A DNA stretch of 64,000 nucleotides from Phycisphaeraceae bacterium (lineage in GTDB: Bacteria > Planctomycetota > Phycisphaerae > Phycisphaerales > Phycisphaeraceae): NCBI GenBank assembly GCA_002686995.1, contig NYZC01000403.1:20109-84108 (forward strand), given 5' to 3'. This document shows positions 9,726 to 17,800 of the stretch, in pieces. Positions within the stretch are counted from its first letter, which is position 1, and each line of letters opens with the position of its first letter. The notes below the pieces were generated by a model that searched no databases, was not told where the DNA came from, and was given only the letters and a program-made list of their open reading frames with translations. A program made the position numbers and the translations under genes.

Positions 9726-10102
9726 CCGTTTCCCTCGCGCTCGGCGCGGCGTCCGCCGCCGCCGGGACGGCTCCGACGTGGAGCGGACAGCTCGTCGCCT
9801 GGACCGTGCACATCGGAATCATCGTGATCGCCATCGCGATGTTCCTCTGCATCCTGCGCCTGATCATCGGGCCTCATCTCGCCGACCGCGCGTTGGCAGT
9901 CGACACGCTGGGCGTCATGCTGATCGGGCTCGTCGTCCTGCTGACGATGCAGCTCAAGACCCTGATGTTCTTCGACGGCATCCTGGTGCTGTCGCTGCTC
10001 GGTTTCGCCGGCACCGTGGCCATGGCCCAGTACATCGGGCGGCCGCACCGAAAGCCGCAGACGCGCGGCGAGGTCAGCGGAACCACGGACGGACACGGAT
10101 GA
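9722..10102 (+). CDS. mrpF: Na+/H+ antiporter subunit F (MrpF/MnhF)
   Basis: Small three-TM protein with IIGPHLADRALAVDTLGVMLIGLVVLL, an MnhF hallmark. Overlaps the mrpE stop. Confidence 0.8.
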   Translation: MTVSLALGAASAAAGTAPTWSGQLVAWTVHIGIIVIAIAMFLCILRLIIGPHLADRALAVDTLGVMLIGLVVLLTMQLKTLMFFDGILVLSLLGFAGTVAMAQYIGRPHRKPQTRGEVSGTTDGHG

Positions 10103-10151
10103 ACGCGGATGGCCCGGCTCGCCGCCGGTCCACCGGATCCGGAAACACGAC

Positions 10152-10514
10152 ATGACCATCAATCTCACGACGATCAACGACCTCGCCACCGTGCTCTTCC
10201 TCGTGTCCGGACTCTTCTTCATGCTCGTGGCGACGGTCGGCCTCTGGCGCCTGCCGGACTTCTACCACCGGATGCACGCCGCGACGAAGGGGGTCACTCT
10301 CGGCATCGTCGGCATGCTCGTCGCCGCCCTGCTCTACGTCCCGCATCACATGGAGGCGACCTTCATCGCCGTCTTCACGAAGGTCGTCCTCGCGATCATG
10401 TTCCAGTTCATCGCCAACCCGGTCGGCGCCCACCTGCTTTCCAAGGCCGCGCACCTTGACGGCTGCCCGAAGTGGGATCAGACCGTGTTCGATGATCTCG
10501 AGAAGTCGCGATAG
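10152..10514 (+). CDS. mrpG: Na+/H+ antiporter subunit G (MrpG/MnhG)
   Basis: VATVGLWRLPDFYHRMHAATKGVTLG is the conserved MnhG N-terminal signature. Last gene of the operon. Confidence 0.85.
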   Translation: MTINLTTINDLATVLFLVSGLFFMLVATVGLWRLPDFYHRMHAATKGVTLGIVGMLVAALLYVPHHMEATFIAVFTKVVLAIMFQFIANPVGAHLLSKAAHLDGCPKWDQTVFDDLEKSR

Positions 10515-10544
10515 TCAGATCAGGTCAAGCTCAATCTTCCCGTC

Positions 10545-11126
10545 TCACCTGCGCGATGATCTGTATCGCGCACAATACCGGTCGGAGCGCGCCACCGGAC
10601 GACGGTCCTCCAGGTCCACGTCGTTGAAGCTCTTGCGATCGCCCCACGAGAAGATGCGCTCGAAGAGGGGGAACCATCGGGCGTCGCGGACGAGATCGAG
10701 AAAGTGCACCTCGTGCTCCTTCTCACGGATGCCCATCTCGTAGAGCATCTCGTCGTGCTCGGTGATGTCCAGCTCGTGAAAGTACCGGATCATCACGAAG
10801 TACTCGCAGACGTTGCCGCTCTCGAGCCGGCCCGCGAAGAAGTAAGGCATGAATCGCCCGATGAGGTGGCAACTGAGACCGAGCAGCTTTCCGATGACGT
10901 GGTACTTGATCTCGTACCAGCGCGAAACCTCGATGTCGTGGCGGCGCATGATCTCCAGAACGTTGCGGCGGTGGTCCCACTCGTCCTGCTCGATGCGCTG
11001 CACCGCCGCCTTCTCCCGGGGATCCTTCAATGATGCCGCGTGCCCGATGTAAGCGAAGGACGCCGCCTTTTCGGCGGAATACGCCTTGCGAAGCGAATCG
11101 ACCAGTCTGGGGTGATCCAGGCTCAT
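10545..11126 (-). CDS. Ferritin-like di-iron carboxylate protein (COQ7/rubrerythrin-like four-helix bundle)
   Basis: Two ExxH-containing helices (EQDEWDH, REKEHEVH) plus upstream Glu-containing helices (AEKAASFAY, ESGNVCEY). Transcribed divergently from queD and the NRPS. Confidence 0.6.
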   Translation of the reverse strand: MSLDHPRLVDSLRKAYSAEKAASFAYIGHAASLKDPREKAAVQRIEQDEWDHRRNVLEIMRRHDIEVSRWYEIKYHVIGKLLGLSCHLIGRFMPYFFAGRLESGNVCEYFVMIRYFHELDITEHDEMLYEMGIREKEHEVHFLDLVRDARWFPLFERIFSWGDRKSFNDVDLEDRRPVARSDRYCARYRSSRR

Positions 11127-11445
11127 GAGATCTCTGGTCCGACCTGATCCTGCTCGGCACGGATTTCGCGGAGCCTTTTAGATCGGGTACGCGCTGCCGA
11201 GCCGGGCCGTTCGCGGCCGGGTTCGAATCAAGTTCGCGGCTCACGCACTCGATAGGGTCAGGGGGACGCGCTCCCGATCGACGATCAAGCCGGTGCCGTT
11301 CCACCTGACCTGTTAAATCGGCACGACCCTCGTCATCGTTCGGATCGCCATCAAGGTCCCTTGGTCCTGCCAGGAGACGACGCGGAGGCAATCGAGGCGC
11401 CTCACGTGACGCTTGAGACGAGATTCCCGGAACGTGGAACAGGAC

Positions 11446-11808
11446 ATGGAAATCTACAAGGAGTTCACCTTCGAGGCCGCTCACCGCCTGCCGAACGTCC
11501 CGCCAGGTCACAAGTGCGGGCGTCTGCACGGGCATTCGTTCAAGGCGATCGTCCATGTCAGCGGCCCGATCGGCGACGATTCCGGCTGGGTCATGGATTT
11601 CGCCGACATCAAGCGGCTCTTCGAACCGATCCGGGATCAGCTGGACCATCACTATCTGAACGAGATCGAGGGATTGGAGAACCCCACCAGCGAGATCATC
11701 GCCCGCTGGATCTGGCAGCGCCTGCGCGCCGATCTGGCCAACCTCTCCAGCGTCGTCGTCAACGAGACATGCACGTCCGGCTGCATCTACCGGGGCGAGG
11801 ACGACTGA
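11446..11808 (+). CDS. queD: 6-carboxy-5,6,7,8-tetrahydropterin synthase / 6-pyruvoyl-tetrahydropterin synthase family (QueD-like)
   Basis: MEIYKEFTFEAAHRLPNVPPGHKCGRLHGHSF...VMDFADIK...LDHHYLN matches the PTPS/QueD zinc and catalytic signature (AAH, C-x3-HGH). The stop lies 4 nt before the NRPS start. Confidence 0.85.
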   Translation: MEIYKEFTFEAAHRLPNVPPGHKCGRLHGHSFKAIVHVSGPIGDDSGWVMDFADIKRLFEPIRDQLDHHYLNEIEGLENPTSEIIARWIWQRLRADLANLSSVVVNETCTSGCIYRGEDD

Positions 11809-11812
11809 GCCG

Positions 11813-14800
11813 ATGGTGCACGGCGAACGATACACACCGCCTCCCGATATCGCGTGCGTTCATCAGTGTTTCGAGCAACGGGCGGCGGAAGCGCCGGACG
11901 CGATCGCGATCGTCTTCAACGACACGTCGTTGAGCTACCGCGAACTGAACGAGCGAGCCAACCGGCTGGCTCACCATCTTCAGCATCTTGGCGTAGGACC
12001 CGACGTGCTTGTCGGATCGTGCCTGCCCCGTTCGTGCGAGCTGATCGTCTGCATCCTGGGCATTCTGAAGGCTGGAGGTACGTACGTGCCCCTGGATCCT
12101 GCATATCCCCACGCGCGTCTTGCGTCGATGCTGGAGGACGCGCGGCCTCCCGTTCTGGTCACGACAAGCGATCTGCGTGACCAGCTTCCCGGGACGGGCG
12201 CGACGGTGGTGTCCCTCGATACTGACTGGTCCGCGATCAGCGGTCAGCCTCCTGACACGCCGGACTGCCGCGCGACGGGTGACGACCTGATGTACGTGAT
12301 CTTCACCTCGGGATCCACGGGGCCGCCGAAGGGCGTGATGGTCACGCATCGGAACGTGGTTCACCTCTATCGGGGCCTGCCCCCGTCCCTCTGCTTCGAC
12401 GCCACCGACATCTGGACCATGTTCCATTCCTGCGCCTTCGGGTTCTCGGTGTGGGAGATCTGGGGGGCGCTGATTCACGGGGGCCGCCTCATCGTTCTGC
12501 CGACGGAAAGCTGCCTGTCGCCGTCAGCCCTGCTTGACGAGCTCTGCCGCCGGCGCGTGACGGTCCTCAGCCAGACGCCGTCCGCGTTCCGCCAGCTTCT
12601 GCTGCCGGAAGTGCCGACGGAAACCGCCGACAGGCTGTGCCTCCGCATGATCGTGTTCAGCGGCGAGCCGGTCGTATCGGGGGATCTCAGGCGATGGTTC
12701 GACCGCGCGCGGGGACGCGCGGTGCAACTGATCGATACCTACGCGATCACCGAGGCGGGCGGGCAGATTGCGTGCCGGCTCATCGAACCTTCCGATATCG
12801 ACGATTCAGGTACCCTCGACATCGGAGACATCCTGTCCGGCACGACCGTGCACATTCTGGATGAGCAGCTGAGGCCCGTTCCGACGGGCTCGACCGGCGA
12901 GCTGCACGTGGCCGGCCCCGGACTGGCTCGTGGCTACCTCAATCGACCGGCGCTCACGCGCGACCGGTTCCCCGACGACCCGTTCAGCAGGACAGATGGA
13001 GGTCGCCTGTACCGAACCGGCGATCGCGCACGAATCCTGCCCGACGGAAGAATTGCCCTGATCGGGCGCGTCGATGACCAGGTCAAGATTCGCGGTTATC
13101 GGGTGGAGCCCGGCGAGATCGAAGCCGCGTTGAGCGATCACGACGCCGTGCACGAATCCGCGGTCGTATGCCGCCGCGATGCCTCCGGTGACAATCGGCT
13201 GTTCGGCTACGTCGTGCCGATTCCCGAATACGCAGACGCACCGAAGAAGCAATCGACCGCGAACGCGGACGATCACGACCGCATCGAACTCTGGCCGTCG
13301 CTGGGCGAGCACCAGCTCTACGACGAGGTTCTTTACGACCTGATGGCCGCGGATCCGGTTCGTCTCGACCAGTACCGGAAGGCCATCGATCAACATGTAC
13401 GAGACAGGGTCGTGGTCGACATCGGCACCGGGCAGGACGCGCTGCTCGCACGATTCTGCGTCGAGGCCGGGGCGAGAAAGGTCTACGCGATCGAGATCAT
13501 CGACGAGGCCTTTCGAAGAGCCAGGTCGCTCGTCGAGTCGCTCGGCCTGGCAGACCGGATCGATGTCATCCACGGCGACGCCACGCGCCTGCAGTTGCCC
13601 GAACCTGCCGAAGTCTGCGTCCACGGACTGTTCGGCAACATCGGCAGCGCCGACGGCATCGTGCCGATCATGAACGACGCACGGCGGTTTCTGAAGCCGG
13701 AAGCCGTGACCATTCCGCCTCGCTGCATCACCAGGATCGCTCCCGTCCAGATCCCTCCAGACCTGAAAACGCAGCCGTCGTTCCGCGGGCTCGCCCGTAC
13801 CTACGTCAAACGGGTCTTTCAGCATGTCGGCCGGAGATCCGATCTCCGCCTCTGCGTCAGGAACTTCCCACGGGATCACCTGATCGCGAACGCAGGCACG
13901 TTCGAAGAGCTGGACTTCTCGGATTTCATCGCTCCGGAGCGGACCGGTCGGAGCGAGTTCGCGGTGACCGACGATGCGCGACTTGACGCGTTCCTGCTCT
14001 GGGTGCAGGTGCACATCACGGATGACGCGCCCATCGACTACCTCGAGCACTCGCACGGCTGGTTGCCCGTCATCTTTCCGATCTCCGACACCGGCATCAG
14101 TGTCTCGCGAGGCGACCGGATCAGCGCGACGTGGACGTGCACCGTCTCCGCGAACGGACGCAACCCCGATTACGCCATCTGCGGCCAGGTCGTTCGATCA
14201 CGCGCCCGTGACGTCGCCTTCGCATACGCGTCACCGCACCGTGTGCGTGCATACCGAAGCACCGCGATTCATCGACTGCTGTTCGACGACCTGGATCGGG
14301 CGGACCTGTCGGTCACGAGCCTTCAGTCGCACCTGCGGCGCACACTGCCGGATTACATGATCCCGTCCGACATCATGGTCGTCGACGAAATGCCGCGCAC
14401 GCCGAGTGGCAAGCTCGATCGATCCGCTCTTCCGTCGCCCGACAGCGCGACCCGGGTTCCCTCCACGCCCTTCGTCGATCCCGCGACACCGCTTCAGCGA
14501 AGGATCGCCGCCATCTGGGAGAGCGTCCTGGACCGCGACGCGGTGGGCATCGATCAGGAATTCCTGGAAGCGGGCGGCCACTCACTCGCCGCGGCTCAGA
14601 TACTCGCGCGACTGCGCGTCAAGGAAGGTGTCGAACTACCGCCGTCGGCGGTCTTCGATCACCCCACGGTTCGGCAGCTGTCCGCCCTGATATCAGGTTG
14701 CCGGCGGATTCCGAAGTCGCAGCACGTCGCCGATCCGCACGTCGAGACAACGCCCGGATCGGCGGACGACAGGAAGTTCATGCTGCTCGCGATCGAGCAG

Positions 14801-17800
14801 GCGTCCCGGGCACTCGACAAGGACGGCGTACCCTTCGGCGCCTGCATCACGCGAGCAGGATCGGTCGTGACGACGGTCCACAACAGCGTGCTGTTCGACG
14901 GTGATCCCACCGCTCACGCCGAAGTCTGTGCGATACGCCGCGCCTGCCGTGCGCTCGGCTCCCTGGACCTCGCCGATTGCGTGATGTACACGACGTGCGA
15001 GCCCTGTCCGATGTGCTATGCCGCATGCCACGAAGCGCACATCTCGCGGATCGTGTACGGCATTGGCCACGACGATGCAAACGCATTCGGCACCCCCAGC
15101 CTCGCCATCGGTGCCGCAAAGATGGGCGAGTTGGGACACGCCTCGATCGAGCTGACTCCGGACGTGCTGCGCGAGCAGGTCCTGGCGCTGTTCGAGCGAT
15201 GGTCGCTGCGCCGCGCCGAGACCGTCGCCGCCCGATCGCCGAAATCATCGCCGCATGCGACGCACACGGCGCCCCGGCAATCATTCGAGCGCATCGATCG
15301 TGCGAACGTCGATCACGTGCCGCTTTCGTATTCCCAGCAGCGCCTGTGGTTTCTCGATCGGATCGAAGACGATCTGACCGCCTACAACCATGCCGAAGCC
15401 TTCAGGATCGTGGGTGACCTGAAGGTGGAGGCCCTGCGCCGGTCGTTCGAGGCGGTCATTCATCGCCATGAGTCCCTGCGAACGAACTTTCGCGTGCACG
15501 AAGGGGAGGCGTTCCAGGTCATCCGGACGCCGGCGCCGTTCGACCTGCCCGTCGTCGACCTCCGGGAAGGCGCCACCCATCCGCAAGACGAGGAAATCTC
15601 CAGGCGCCGCGACCAGGAAGCGATGCGGACCTTCGATCTCACGCGCGATCTCATGCTGCGCGCGTCATTGCTTCGTCTGCGCCGTCATGAGCACATCCTG
15701 CTGCTGACCAATCACCATGCTGCAGCCGATGGCTGGTCGGAGCACGTGCTGTGGCGGGACGTTTCCGCCTTCTACGCAGCGCACGCGCGGAACGGGACCG
15801 CGAACCTGCCGGAGCTGACGATTCAGTACGCGGACTTTGCGGTCTGCCAGCGGAACGCACTCGAAGAAAGTCGACGCGACGATCTGCTGCGCTACTGGCG
15901 CAAGCAGCTCGAGGGGATCCCGGCGCTCGAGCTGCCCACCGATTCGCCTCGTCCTTCCGTCCTCACGCATTGCGGCGCACGGCACGACTTCGAATTGAAC
16001 GAAACACTCAGGGAGCGGCTGCAGTCGCTGGGTCAGTCGGAGGGGCTCACGCTTCACATGATGCTGCTTGCCGGGTTCAAGATCCTGCTGTCGCGCTACA
16101 GCCACCAGCTCGACGTGGCCGTAGGCACGCCGGTGGCAGCCCGGAGCGACCAGGTGCTGGAAGACCTCGTCGGGGTCTTCATCAACGTGGTCGTGCTCCG
16201 CACGGATCTCTCGGGGGACCCGACCGTCCGAGAGATCCTGCGACGCATCCGGGACGTGTCGCTGGCAGCGTACGACCATCAGGACCTGCCCTTCGAGAAG
16301 CTGGTCGAAGAGCTTCAACCGGAAAGACAGCTCAATCGCGACCCACTGATCCAGACGCTGTTCCAGCTGACGAACTTCCCGGAGCTCGACCCCGCGCTGG
16401 ACGGCGTCGATGTCTCGCGACTGACACCGCGCCACCACCCGGTACGGTTCGATCTGGATATGCACATCCGCCAGGGGCCTGGGGGATTCCGGGGCGCCGT
16501 AAGCTACAGCACGGACCTGTTCAATCCGGCGACGATCGAGCGCATGGTCGGACATTTCCTGACGCTGCTGGAATCCATCGTCACGAACCCGAACCAGAGA
16601 CTCGGCGCGTTGAGACTGCTCCCGGATGCGGAACGCCACCAGCAACTGGTGACGTGGAACCACATGACGACGGAGACGACGACGGACACCCCTCGCAACA
16701 AGTGCGTCCACGAGCTTTTCGAGGAGCAGGTTGAGCGGTCACCGGACGCGATCGCGCTGGTCTTCGGCGATCGGCAGCTGACGTATCGCGCATTGAACGA
16801 TCGGGCCGATCTGCTCGCGTCCCGCCTGCGAAACCAGGGCGTCGGGCCGGAGACGCTGGTGGGCCTCCATCTCGAGCGCTCACCGGAGCTGATCATCGGC
16901 GTCCTCGGAATCCTGAAGGCGGGCGGTGCGTACGTCCCACTCGACGTGGACGATCCGCCGTCACGAATCGAGGCCCTGCTTGGTGATGCGAAGATCGACA
17001 TCCTCGTCACGCAGGATCCTTCGCCGGGCGCCATGCCCGCCGGCTGCCGGGTCGTCCGCGCTGATGAGGACGACTCGCTCCTTCAGAACCTGCCTGGATC
17101 GAATTCGCCCGTCGATGTCGGAGAGGACAACCTTGCGTACGTCATGTTCACTTCAGGAACCACCGGGCGGCCGAAGGGTGTTGAAATCCGACATCGCTCG
17201 ATTGCCCGTCTCGTATTCGGTACCGATTACGCGAAATTCGGCCCGGATCGCGTTTTCGTGCACCTTGCTCCGATCTCGTTCGACGCTTCCACGTTCGAGC
17301 TGTGGGGCGCGCTGCTCCATGGCGCGAAGCTGGTCATCACGCCGCCCGGCGTTCCGGATCTCCGGCAACTGGAAAAGCTGCTCAAGCGCCATCGCGTGAC
17401 GACGCTCTGGCTCACCGCGACGCTGCTGAACCAGATCGTGGAGCATCGACCGCAGGTGCTGGGAGGCATCGACGAGGTGCTTACGGGCGGCGAGCCGCTT
17501 TCCGTGACGCACGTTCGGGCGGCGCAGTCCGCACTGGGGCCGCGACCGCGTTTCACGAACGCCTACGGGCCGACGGAATGCACGACGTTCGCGACCTGCT
17601 ACCGGTTGCCGCGGCGCCTGGCTCCGGATGTCGAATCAGTGCCGATCGGTCGTCCAATCGCGAATACGCAGGTCTTCGTTCTGGACGATCAGCGGCAGCC
17701 GGTTCCGATCGGCGTCAGGGGCGAGCTGTACATCGGCGGGTCGGGCCTGGCCCGAGGTTACCTGGACCAACCGGCGCTGACCGCCGCCAGGTTCGTGCCG

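Noticed and set aside
11215-11240. tRNA-like T-arm sequence GGGTTCGAATCAAG in the ferritin-like/queD intergenic region.
   Set aside because: The flanking bases do not form a T-stem (CCGGG versus CAAGT), and no acceptor, anticodon or D-arm can be built around it.
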